Shown here: positions 54,364 through 64,000 of the stretch, one piece after another
Numbering within the stretch: position 1 is the stretch's first letter
How the letters are laid out: every line of letters starts with the position of its first letter
NCBI GenBank assembly: GCA_013416795.1
Contig: RQSC01000908.1
Location: forward strand, 1 to 64,000
Direction of reading: 5' to 3'
Length of the DNA stretch: 64,000 nt
Source of the DNA: Prasinococcaceae sp. CCMP 1430
Taxonomy: Eukaryota; Plantae; Prasinodermophyta
Notes under the pieces: model-generated
Database searches by the model: none
What the model was told of the DNA's origin: nothing
The model's input: only the letters and a program-made list of their open reading frames with translations
Translations under genes and position numbers: made by a program

Positions 54364-54704
54364 GTCCTGTACTAAGGTGTATTAAAATGTTTGCTCACGT
54401 ACACAAGCGAACCACGCGCTGCGAGCGTGCCTCTTACCTGGTCTATCACAACTCCAGCGCCAGCCCACAGCATGAGCACCATGCACGCACGCAAGCCTTG
54501 TCATCGCGCAGACCTTGACTCCGAGCGCACTCTGGCGCTCTCGCGGCAACATGGCACGGCACGCGCCACGTCCACGCCCGTGCTCAGCGACGCCCGCCGT
54601 GATACCCACGAGCGTGCTCACGCGACCACGAGCGCCTCAGCACCCACTTGCTTGGCCGAGCGTGCCTGAACTATGCGGCCGCGGCCGCGGCGACGGCCAA
54701 CAAC

Positions 54705-54763
54705 AAACCCTATCTGAGAAATACTAAACCTCAATTATGCCCAACCCTAACCCAAAACCCTCA
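54705..54763 (+). promoter_or_regulatory. Telo-box and telomere-like motifs upstream of VPS52
   Basis: AAACCCTA at 54705, followed by CAACCCTAACCCAAAACCCT. Confidence 0.4.
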
Positions 54764-55015
54764 CATGCGAGCGTCGGGGTTGGTGGGTGGGGGTGGGAGG
54801 GGACGTGGCGTGGCAGACACACGGCAGGGCGCGGGGCGCGCAGGGGGTGGGGCTGCCACCCCACCTCACCTGCGCCTTTTCTCGCGCCCCCCGGCCTGCC
54901 GGGCGCGAGGGCACCAAGACTCGACTCGGAGGGTGTTGGCGAGCGCTTCCACCCTCTCTCCCACCTCCTCTCCCATTCTGTGACTGGGCCTGTCTGGCCA
55001 CGCTCGCCTCTGCCC

Positions 55016-57268
55016 ATGGCCCCGAACGCGGCGCTCGGCGAGGACATCACCTCGGAGGAGGTGAGCCTCGAGGGGCTCGCCGAGGAGCTCGAACTGTATT
55101 CCTCTCACGAGGTGGTCGCGAGCGTGCTCGAGTGCGGGGGTGCCGCCGGCGGCGATGCGGGCGCCAAGGTGCGCGAGCTGGAGGCCGCGCTCTCCGGCGC
55201 AGAGCTGCGCTCGATCGAGTCGTACTCGGCCGAGGGCGACAACCTGGTGGGGCTGCTGGCGCAGATCCAGGGGTGCGACAGCGTGCTCGCGGGTATGGAG
55301 GACGCACTCGGTGGCTTCCAGTCCTCGCTCGGCGCGATCTCGAGCGAGATCCGTTCGCTGCAGGAGCAGAGCATATCGCTCTCGGTGAAGCTTCGCAACA
55401 GGCGCGCGGCGGAGGCCAAGCTGGGCGAGCTCGTTGAGGAGATCGCGCTGCCGCCTGAGCTCATCGATGCCATCCTGGACGCTGAGGTCGACGAGGTTTA
55501 CGTCGATGGACTGCACACGCTCGCGCGCAAGCTCGACTTCGTGCGCGGCGGCGGTGGCGCGGCGGGCGCGGCCGAACGGCTCCGCGGCGCGGCGGCAATG
55601 GCGGACGTGGCGCCCGAGCTCGAACGGCTGCGCAGGGGCGCCGTCGCGCGCGTGCGCGAGTTTCTCCTGTCCAAGTTCGCGCAGCTGCGCAGGCCGAAGA
55701 CGAACATACAGATCCTGCAGCAGAGCGTGCTGCTCAAGTTCAAGTACTTCGGCACTTTCCTGCGCAAGTACGGGCCCGAGGTGTACGACGAGGTGGTGAG
55801 CCTCTACGTGGCTACCATCAGCGGCGTGCTGGCGGGGCACTTCAAGACGTACGTGTCCGCGCTCGCAAACCTGCGCGGCGATCGCGTGGCCAAGGGCGAG
55901 CTGCTGGGTGAGACCGAACGCGAGGCGCGGCGACACGCGCCGGGCGGTGGTGGCGGCGGCTCGGCGGCGGGGTTTTTGAAGAAGGTCGGCGGCGCGCTCG
56001 GCGGAGCGTCGTCGGCGCAGCTCGTGGGGGGGCACGGGGGCACGGCGAGCGCTTTCGCGCTGGGGGACCGCGCGACCATGCTGCGCGACGTCGAGAGCCA
56101 GGCGGTGATCCCACACGTCGCCGAGTCGGCCGGGCAGCGGGTGCTGCACGAGGAGGCCTACAGGTCCACACACAAGCTGCTCATGGATACGACGACCTCT
56201 GAGTACCTCTTCTGCCACGACTTTTTCGGCGACCCGACCGTCTTCGGCAGGCTTTTCGTTGCGCCGCTGGCCGCGGTCGAGGAGGGCCTCACCGACGTGC
56301 TCCCGCTGCTGCACGACCCCGTGGGCCTGCTGCTGATGATCCGATTGACGTACGAGCAGCAGCTGGTGATGTCGCGCCGGCGCATACCCTGCCTGGACGC
56401 GTATTTCGACAAGGCGACCATGTCGATCTACCCAAAGTTCACCGCCGCTTTCGACGTGCAGGCGGGCTCGCTCGCGCAGGCGGCGGACCGAGCGGCCGCG
56501 CTCGCGGAGGGAGGGCGCGGGCGGCAGGGCGCGGTGGTGCCCCAGCATGCGCACTTCGTGGTGCGGCGGTACGCCGCGTTCTTGGCGTCCATGGCGGCTC
56601 TGAGCGCGGGCTACGCGGACTCGTCGCTCGACGCGCGCTGCGGCCGCCTGCGCGTCGTCGGGGACAGATTCATCGACAGGCTGGCGCATGCAGGCGGCGC
56701 GCCCCCGCGCGTGCAGGCGGCGTGCGCGCTCGCGAACTACGACGAGGTGCTCCGCCAGCTGGCGGCAGCGCTGCGCTCCCCGCCGAACCCCCTGGCTGCC
56801 CAGGAGCCAGAGGTGCAGCCGGGCAGCGGTGCGGCGGGGATGCGGAGTATGGGCCCGCGGGCGCTGCTCTCGCACTACGAGGAGCGCGTGGCCGCCGCGC
56901 AGGCGGCGTACGTGGATGCTGAGCTCACGCACGAGCTGGGGGGGCTCTTGAACTTCGTGCGCGCGGCCGAGGGCGCGCTGGCGTCCGGCTCGCCCGTGGA
57001 CGCCACAAAGTGCGGGCAGGCGCTCAACGACTTCAGCTCGCGCTGGCGCCGATCCATCGGCGCCATGCAGAAGGCCGCCACGGTGGCCTTCCCCGACGCC
57101 GAGCGCGCGGCGGATGCGCTGAAGGCGTGCCTCGCGCAGATGCTGCTCTACTACACGCGCGCGCTCGACGCGGCCAAGAAGGGCGGCGCCGAGGTGGGCT
57201 CGGACGCGCCCACGCTGCCGCTCATCATGCACGAGATCAAGCAGGTGGCGCCGGACGCGGCCAAGTGA
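55016..57268 (+). CDS. VPS52: GARP complex subunit VPS52/Sac2
   Basis: 750 aa with IQGCDSVLAGMEDALGGFQSSLGAISSEIRSLQEQS..LSVKLRNR, PKTNIQILQQSVLLKFK and MDTTTSEYLFCHDFF. Confidence 0.92.
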   Translation: MAPNAALGEDITSEEVSLEGLAEELELYSSHEVVASVLECGGAAGGDAGAKVRELEAALSGAELRSIESYSAEGDNLVGLLAQIQGCDSVLAGMEDALGGFQSSLGAISSEIRSLQEQSISLSVKLRNRRAAEAKLGELVEEIALPPELIDAILDAEVDEVYVDGLHTLARKLDFVRGGGGAAGAAERLRGAAAMADVAPELERLRRGAVARVREFLLSKFAQLRRPKTNIQILQQSVLLKFKYFGTFLRKYGPEVYDEVVSLYVATISGVLAGHFKTYVSALANLRGDRVAKGELLGETEREARRHAPGGGGGGSAAGFLKKVGGALGGASSAQLVGGHGGTASAFALGDRATMLRDVESQAVIPHVAESAGQRVLHEEAYRSTHKLLMDTTTSEYLFCHDFFGDPTVFGRLFVAPLAAVEEGLTDVLPLLHDPVGLLLMIRLTYEQQLVMSRRRIPCLDAYFDKATMSIYPKFTAAFDVQAGSLAQAADRAAALAEGGRGRQGAVVPQHAHFVVRRYAAFLASMAALSAGYADSSLDARCGRLRVVGDRFIDRLAHAGGAPPRVQAACALANYDEVLRQLAAALRSPPNPLAAQEPEVQPGSGAAGMRSMGPRALLSHYEERVAAAQAAYVDAELTHELGGLLNFVRAAEGALASGSPVDATKCGQALNDFSSRWRRSIGAMQKAATVAFPDAERAADALKACLAQMLLYYTRALDAAKKGGAEVGSDAPTLPLIMHEIKQVAPDAAK

Positions 57269-57383
57269 ACGAGGACAAAGCGCGCGGGCGGCGCGCGGGC
57301 GCGTGCGAGCCAGCGGCCCTTGGCCACGCCCCTCCTTTTTCCTCCTCCGCGCGCGCATGCGGCGAACACTATCCCTGTAATAA

Positions 57384-57944
57384 TTACGCGGCGGCGTTGG
57401 CAGCCTCGATGGCGGCGCGCAGCTCGGCGCGCGGCGTGTACGAGGCGTACTTCTTCGCCCTACGGCTGTCGGGGTTGATCACCTTCTCCACGGTGGGGTA
57501 CACCGACACCACGGACCTGCCCTTCTTCGTCTCGAACTTGACGGTGCCCTCGATCTTCGAGAAGAGCGTGTAGTCGTTGCCCGTGCCGACGTTCTTGCCC
57601 GCAATCACCTGCGGTGGGGCGGGTGGACGTGGTCAGGGCATTGCAGGCGCGGGCGCGGAGCGGGCGAGCACACGAAGGGGAAGGGGGGGGGGGGGCGGGC
57701 ACTTGTTCTGCGGCCCCGCGCGACCCTCCGATCTCCCATAGAACACACGCACGAGCGCGCGCATACGCATACATGCACGCGAGCACGCGCGCGCGCGGGC
57801 GCGCGCGCGCCGCGCACGGGCGCAGCAGCACTCGAGACGAGCGCGCACGACGCCTCGTGCCCGCACCGCGCGGCCGCGTGCGAGCGGCAGCGCGGCGGGG
57901 GCGCGGAGCGCCGAGGCGGAGCCCACGCAGCCGGCCGCCTGCAT
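57384..57944 (-). CDS. RPL27: Plastid 50S ribosomal protein L27, conserved N-terminal part missing in this assembly
   Basis: The last exon (57608-57384) reads [27 protein letters not shown] transit-peptide-like start [35 protein letters not shown] begins at 57944. The AHKKG...RQRG segment was not found. Confidence 0.8.
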
Positions 57945-58796
57945 CCTGTCGGAGCGGGGGGTGGGGTGCGCAAGGGGGCGCGCTGTGTGGCACAAGACGG
58001 TGCTGCCGCAAACACGACGCACAACGCGCGCACACGGAACCCACGCAAAGCCACATTGGATTCCATAAAACAAGCAGCTATTCACATATAATATTTAGTG
58101 CATATGGATTCCATTTATCGTTCGATGCCGCGGAACCTCGCGCGCGCGCCGCCGCCGCCGCCGCCGCGCGCCGCCATCCACATTTCCGTGCGTTGTCGCC
58201 CCGCGATTTCATCGCCGTCATTCGTGCGGTGCTCGTCACAAACACTGTAATTAACTCTTCAAATAATGCACACCGTGTTTCATTTCAATTTGAGTACAAT
58301 GCAAATGATAATACCGCGGAGTTATAATTTTTTTATAGAAACACACGCTTGTTACTATTTAGTGCGTCAATCCGCGGTTTTTGAGGTCGGCTGTCGTGGC
58401 AGGGCGAGCGGCCGGCGCCGGCCCCTTTTTTCCCGCGGGGCTTTCTTTGGGTATTTTCCGTCGAAATTCGGCGCGAAAGCCGATAGGAAAAAAATGCGGG
58501 GCCGCGCCGCGCCCGTCGTACGATGGTCCGAAAAGACGTGATACTACCCCACGGGCGACTTTGATGTGGGGGGTGCGTTGGCGTGCTTTTTGATATGCGT
58601 GAGCGGGTGGCGCGCGGGCGCCCTGCTGCTGCGGCGTGGCATAGCGCGCGCGCGGGGCGGGGCGGGCGGGTGAACTGCGAGCCGAAAGTGCCCAGCAGAA
58701 GCGCGAATGGCTCACCAGGCTCGGCGCGGCAGGCGTGGACCTGCCCCGCGAGAGGAGTCAGGCGCGGGGCAGGGGAAAGTGGGGGGGGGGGAGATC

Positions 58797-59157
58797 ATGG
58801 CGGGCCGGGCGGGCCGGGCAGTCGGGAGCAAGAGGTGGTTGCTGTCGGCGGCCGTCGGTCTGGCCGTTGCCGTCGCCGCGCTCTTCGGCACGGGCGCGCT
58901 CACGTTTGGCGTCACGCGGCACGTCGCGACGCGCGGCGGCACAGCGACCGCGAAGAGCTGGGTGCGCCATGGCCTCGCGCTGCCGCGGCTCATCGCGACA
59001 TCGTCGTCGGGCGTCACCAAACCGCTGCGTAGGGCGGAGCTCAGGGAGACAGTGCGGCCGAAACTTCCAGTAGGCGTCATAGGGGGCGGAGAAGAGCGGC
59101 AGGGGCAACAGCAGCAAGAGCAGCAGCAGCAGCAACAACAACAACAAAAACAGCAAG

Positions 59158-59206
<49 letters not shown>

Positions 59207-61202
59207 GGGCACGACAACAGCGACCGGCAGCGCTGATGGCAACGGCGGGGGCACCGGCGCGGGTGGGGGGGTGCAGCAGCTGGCCATGATGAAGGACGTC
59301 AAGAGAGACACGCGCGTGCAGGTGACGGGCGGTCAGCAGAAGGTGGGTGACAAGACGCTCGCCACCAAGTGGTACTTCCCGCCGGCGACGAAAAAGACGC
59401 CGTCCCCGCCGCCGCCGGTGGCTGAGTACAAGGGCGACCTCACCAAGGCGCACGGCCACATGCCAGCGCTTGAGCGCGAGCTGGAGATGCTTCCGCGCGC
59501 GAGAGAGACGTTCGTGTCGATCGGCTTCGCCACCGAGGCGCACGCGGATTTCGCGCGCAACTGGGCGGCCACGCAGTCCGCAGTCGGCCTGAGCCCCTTG
59601 CTCTTCGCGATGGACAAGGGGATGGACGAGTACTGCAAGAAGCACGCCATGCGCTGCTTCCCCGAGCATTCGATGGACAACTCCATTCGCACAATGGACG
59701 ACTTCGAGGGCGTGGTCACGGGCGGCGTGGGACTCGGCGGCGAGAAGCGGCATGACTTCAGCAAGCACTCCGGGCTGGCGTTCCAGACGATGGGCGCGCG
59801 CAAAGCCTACCTGCTACTCGCGGTGGTGGAACTGGGTTACAGAGTGCTGGTGTCGGACGCAGACACTGCGTGGATGCGCGATCCGACCGAGTTCTTCATG
59901 TCGCCCGAGGCTGACAGGGCGGACTACTGGACGGCGACCGATTGCTTGAGCGCCGAGCGCGAGCGTCACAGGGGCGGCTGCATCGCGCTCGCGGAGAACC
60001 TCAACACCGGCATCATGTTCGTGCGCCCGACGGCGATCTCGAAAAAGATGCTCGCGCAGTGGCTGCATGAGACCGTCGTGGTCGAGGACGCCAACCTACA
60101 CGACCAGCACATCTTCAACTTCATCGTCAAGCGCGGGCTGCGCGGCTTCGAGCACTGGGAGCCGCGAGACGCCACCGACGAAGCCGCGGGCACGCGCGTG
60201 TACCGCGCGGCGGAGGGCTACGGCGCCATGGGCGTGCTGGACCTCCTGCGCTTCGTGAGCGGCAACGTGTACTTCGTGCAGCACCTGCCGCGCGAGCACG
60301 ACTCGAAGCCGTACGCCGTGCACACGACGTACCAGTTCAACGGCGTGCAGGGCAAGCGCCACCGACTGCGCGAGGAGGGGCTGTGGGTGATCGACGACGA
60401 CGCGTACTACGGCGCGGACGGCGCCAATTTCCTCTCGCTGCGCCTGTGGGACGAGGCCGGCGGCGTCACGCCGGAGGCCGTCGCGGACGCGGACTGCCTG
60501 CGCTTCGCGAGGAGCGCTGCGCAGCTGGACGATCCGGAGGCGGACCTCTCCCGGGTGACGGCGTGCGCGCAGATCGACCGGCACCTCGCGATCGCCGCGT
60601 ACCAGCGCGAAGCCGTGCGCAATGCGGAGGTGATTGCAGAGCAGCTCGGGCGCGTGCTCATCATGCCGGCGCTCACGTGCTACTGCGAGCGCTACATGGG
60701 GCGCACGCTGCCCTCGTGCATCATCGAGGGGCAGGACCTCACGCCGGGGAGGCCCGTGATGGAGCCCTGCCCCATGGACTACATGTTCTTCATACCCAAC
60801 TGGTACAGCAGCAAGGCGCCCTTTCGCGAGCACTCGATGCTCACCAACCCGCGCGTGCCAGCCGAGGTGCTCGCGTCGCGCAGGGCCGTGTACGTGGGCG
60901 ACGCCGGCGGCGGGGAGCGCGAGGCCGGCGCGGCGGTGCTGCCGCCAGCGCCCACCGGCGCCGACGTCGAGGCCGTGCTGGGCGGGCTGGGGGAGGTGCG
61001 CGTGCTCGAGCTGCGGCAGCCCTTGCAGTCGTTGTGCACGGTGGACGACGCAGCTGCTGTGGACGCGCGCATGAAGACCGTCATCCACTCGGAGGTGCGC
61101 TGGTGCGACGCGCTCAAGGACGGGGTTATGCCGTGCCGGTGGGGGTACGACCCGCCGACGGCGTTGGAGGGGCGGGGGCGCGAGGAGTGCATTGCCGAGT
61201 GA
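58797..61202 (+). CDS. GT77 nucleotide-diphospho-sugar transferase, XEG113-like arabinosyltransferase
   Basis: 801-aa type II membrane topology with a stem polyQ, the DxD motif VLVSDADTAWMRDP, NTGIMF and YAVHTTYQFNGVQGKRHRLREEGLW. Confidence 0.85.
59106..59207 (+). repeat. Coding CAG/CAA polyglutamine tract
   Basis: About 30 Gln codons interrupted by E/K. Confidence 0.9.
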
Positions 61203-61287
61203 AGTGCATCTCGTAAAAATCTCGCTGTTTACCACTCGAGTAGTACTACTAATACATAGGTCGTGCATCCACCCTTCCTTCGCTCAA

Positions 61288-64000
61288 TTACGACTCGCAG
61301 AGTCGCAGTTGCCAGGCCTGGATCGATCCGGTCGAGTGGTCGCCCGCCTTGGCTGTGAGGCGCCATGTCCCACCAGACTGCGCCCCCTGAAAATGGTTGT
61401 CGATGCCACTCGCGATAAGCGATGGCGCGTCCTCCTCGGGTGTGCCTTGCTGGCTCTTCGCCGCAGCCGCCAGATTGAGCGGGGCGCGCGCGCCGCTGCT
61501 GGGGCTCTCCAGGGTGAAGTCGACCGTCGATGGGTGCACGGAGTCGAGGTCGACCCTGACTTCGGCAGTGCCGACCTGGAAGTCCACCGGCACGTGCAAC
61601 GCAGAGCGCGCCTTGACGAAGGGCGCGAGCGGGACGCTGTTCTTGTTGTTGATGGTGACGCATCGCTGGCTCTCTGCATTGAGCGCAGCGGAGCCGTCGG
61701 GATACGCGACGATGGCGTCGAGGTCGAGACCGATGAGCGCGTCTTGGTTGTTGGTCAAGGCGAGCGAGGTGTAGTAGCCAGTGGAGGGTATCTCGAGTGC
61801 CACCTGCGACCAGGCGCCGAACGCCAGCTCGTCGCCCATGACTTCGTCGGCGAGCGCAACGCGAATGGGATCGATGCCCTCCACGGGCGACTCCAAACTC
61901 ACGAACACATTGGAAGGCAACCCAGCGCTCTCTCCACCGACGGCCTTGGGGCGCACGTACACGTACAATACGCCCGCGGGGAACGCTTTGCCGTCCTGGC
62001 TGGCGACCTTGAACCCGCCGAAGGGCTGGAGTACCACCTCGATGCCGGTGTCACCCTCGCGAGCGGCCGCCACCGACGCGAAGTCGATCTCTGCGCGCCA
62101 GCTCGCATCCGCGAAGCCTTCGTTGAGCGCATCGTTGCCGTAGATGTGGAGGGGGGGCGGCGCCGCGATCTCGCTGGGGGTGGCAGCCACGCATCCATGC
62201 GGGGCGTCGTCTTCCACGGGCGGGCACGCCACCAGCGCCTCGCTGTCGAGCAGCGCGACGCCACCCAGAGAGAAGCGCGCGGTCGTCGCGCCGTCCTTGT
62301 TGTACACGGCGATGTCGTCGCCGCCGCCGCCGATGCTTTTGAGCGGCACCACCACGGTCGTCCAGACGCCTGGCGCGATTGAGGCGATGGAGGTGAGCTT
62401 TACCGCTCCGACTCCGACGGCCGCGCCGTTGGACATTTCGCCTGCATACACGTACATGCTCTCGACGGTCGCCTCGTCTGCGGCCAGAATGCTGATCGAC
62501 ACCAGGTCGCTCGTGTTGACGTCACCCGACGCAATACGGTGCAGGCGCATGGCACCCCAAGGCATGAGCTCCACGTCCATAGAGCGCGTGGTGTTCGATC
62601 CGGGCGACGCGGCGCTCGAGGGCATGGGCACGCCACTGTCGCCGTAGTAGTTGTTCGTGTTGGACCACGACCTATCCTCGAACACACCCTCGACCGGCGC
62701 GCCGTCCGCGAGCGCGACCTCGCGGACGCGGTAGAATGCATCCGTTGAGAGCGCCGCGGCGGGCTCGCCGAGGGTGACGTTCACCCCAAGGGTGTCGCCC
62801 CTGACGCAGAAGAGCGACTCGGCCATGCGGGTGATCTCGGTTGCAGGCACGACGCGATCGAAGATGTTCACCTCCGAGACAGCGCCGGTGAAGTACACGG
62901 TGTCCTCCGGCGCGTCTCCGACGCCAACGGGCACAGCACCAATAGTGACGGCCCCGGGTGTGGTTCGCAGCGCGGACGCGTCCTCGGCGGAGAGCGTGCG
63001 CGTCTCGATGGTGGCTTTCGCCGGCGATTGTTCGATCTGATCGTTCGGCCCTGAACGCAGCGCCATCACGGTCACCGCGCCGCCACGATCCGCGTGCGAT
63101 GCGTCCACCGTCGCGAAGAGCAAGACCCACTCTCCCACGACGCCCTCGACGCCGCTCAGGAGCGTGTAGGCCCCCTCGAGGCCGCCGGTCATTGACACCT
63201 TGACGCCCCACTCACAGCCGCCGTAAGGCCCGGCCTGGAAGCACCCAACCACAACGCCCGTGTCGCTCTCGCCGTCGGCGGTAGGGGCGTACGTGCTAAC
63301 GACGGGGGCGACCTCCCCGTTGATGGCGTCGAGGCGCGCCCACACCAACACCGACATCGCCTTGGTGTCCAAAAGCTCCTGGGGGATGGCGTCGGCGACG
63401 ATGGCGCCACCACTTGTAGGGTTACCAATCGCCTTGGCGCTGGCCGCCTCCACGGTTGGGTTGAATACCATGGGCCCGGGCGGCGACACGCCCGGCGCAC
63501 CGGCGGCGCACGCGCTGCCATCGGAGGCCGCGTCACACACAACGAGCGCGCCGGCGTCGACCCCGGTGGCCACGCCGCTGAGCTGGGTCGCGGAGCTGCC
63601 AGCGTTCTGGACGGCGCCGTCCACGCTGAGGGTGTTGTAGGGTCCGCACTCGTCCAGCGCGAAGCGCAGCACGGGCTGGGGATCAAAAGAGAGGAGCGCC
63701 TCGCTCTGCTCGGTGGGCACGAAGACCACGGCGGTGGTAGAGGAAGACGATTCCGCGGAAAGCGCGGGAACGCACGACGCGGCTGGCGCCGTCGCGCACT
63801 CCGAGAGCTGCTCCTCCGACACGCTCGGGAGCGGGACGAACGGCGCGGGCTCCACGTACAGGCGCACCGTGAATGCGTCGGCCGCGGTCTGCGCCGCGGT
63901 CGCCTGCACGGCGATGGCGGGCACCTCGTACAAGGCAGCCGCGCACGTCTGGGCGACGGTGGAGATGCACGTGAGCTGCGAGTCGTCCAGGGACAGGTCC
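61288..64000 (-). CDS. Mosaic extracellular protein (LamG-like domain, two CBM-like modules, C-terminal proprotein-convertase P-domain); 5' part outside window
   Basis: The frame is open to the window edge. It contains LamG-like VLVWARL...FTGAVSEVNIFDRV, the repeats FEDRSWS..MPWGAMRL and IYGNDALNEGFADASW..QPFGGFKV, and a P-domain DFTLESPSSG..FQGAQSGGTWRLTA..IQAWQL. Confidence 0.65.
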   Translation of the reverse strand, partial: DLSLDDSQLTCISTVAQTCAAALYEVPAIAVQATAAQTAADAFTVRLYVEPAPFVPLPSVSEEQLSECATAPAASCVPALSAESSSSTTAVVFVPTEQSEALLSFDPQPVLRFALDECGPYNTLSVDGAVQNAGSSATQLSGVATGVDAGALVVCDAASDGSACAAGAPGVSPPGPMVFNPTVEAASAKAIGNPTSGGAIVADAIPQELLDTKAMSVLVWARLDAINGEVAPVVSTYAPTADGESDTGVVVGCFQAGPYGGCEWGVKVSMTGGLEGAYTLLSGVEGVVGEWVLLFATVDASHADRGGAVTVMALRSGPNDQIEQSPAKATIETRTLSAEDASALRTTPGAVTIGAVPVGVGDAPEDTVYFTGAVSEVNIFDRVVPATEITRMAESLFCVRGDTLGVNVTLGEPAAALSTDAFYRVREVALADGAPVEGVFEDRSWSNTNNYYGDSGVPMPSSAASPGSNTTRSMDVELMPWGAMRLHRIASGDVNTSDLVSISILAADEATVESMYVYAGEMSNGAAVGVGAVKLTSIASIAPGVWTTVVVPLKSIGGGGDDIAVYNKDGATTARFSLGGVALLDSEALVACPPVEDDAPHGCVAATPSEIAAPPPLHIYGNDALNEGFADASWRAEIDFASVAAAREGDTGIEVVLQPFGGFKVASQDGKAFPAGVLYVYVRPKAVGGESAGLPSNVFVSLESPVEGIDPIRVALADEVMGDELAFGAWSQVALEIPSTGYYTSLALTNNQDALIGLDLDAIVAYPDGSAALNAESQRCVTINNKNSVPLAPFVKARSALHVPVDFQVGTAEVRVDLDSVHPSTVDFTLESPSSGARAPLNLAAAAKSQQGTPEEDAPSLIASGIDNHFQGAQSGGTWRLTAKAGDHSTGSIQAWQLRLCES

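Noticed and set aside
16171-58436. E2F-like TTTCCCGC sites (16171, 18113, 20750, 58429)
   Set aside because: The motif is short and GC-rich, so it is plausible by chance, and the sites are not tied to cell-cycle genes.
158-63970. Hundreds of long Arg/Ala/Pro-rich alternative-frame and antisense ORFs (e.g. 27196-29211, 29971-31812, 54866-57358)
   Set aside because: These are shadow ORFs expected at ~70% GC. They overlap genes with clear motifs and show no recognisable domains.
1-64000. tRNA, rRNA, transposase, reverse transcriptase or viral (NCLDV) genes
   Set aside because: None were recognised. RPA1 has nuclear Pol I features and sits among intron-containing host genes.

Overview
High-GC (~70% by eye), gene-dense eukaryotic nuclear DNA. 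It is almost certainly a green alga, probably prasinophyte-grade, judging from plastid ClpR4 and L27, a BSU1-like phosphatase, an XEG113-type GT77, TGTAA poly(A) signals and CTGAC branch points. About 24 protein genes are resolved, many with short GT-AG introns that I placed by hand: a 5-exon DNA-PKcs, an M50 protease, a GH27 alpha-galactosidase, a 7-TM protein, ClpR4, a b5-reductase-like protein, the Pol I/III subunit AC40 head-to-head with RPA1, cytochrome b561, GRWD1/RRB1, PP2A B55, a coiled-coil/M48 fusion, two EF-hand proteins, BSL, glucosidase II beta, NSE1, a Pro/Cys-repeat protein, VPS52, plastid L27, GT77 and a mosaic extracellular protein running off the right edge. The most interesting observations are: (1) a gustatory-receptor-like (GRL/7TMIC) channel candidate; (2) two identical box C/D snoRNA candidates in separate introns of AC40, within a Pol I/ribosome-biogenesis neighbourhood; (3) a coiled-coil protein ending in a catalytically dead M48 domain; (4) a strand-biased TGAG-core array; (5) a RING-less NSE1. 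Several spots look like assembly defects: the ClpR4/reductase junction, the missing L27 exon, an N gap and homopolymer runs. No CRISPR array, tRNA, rRNA or recognisable transposase was seen. All family assignments come from motif recognition, not database searches.
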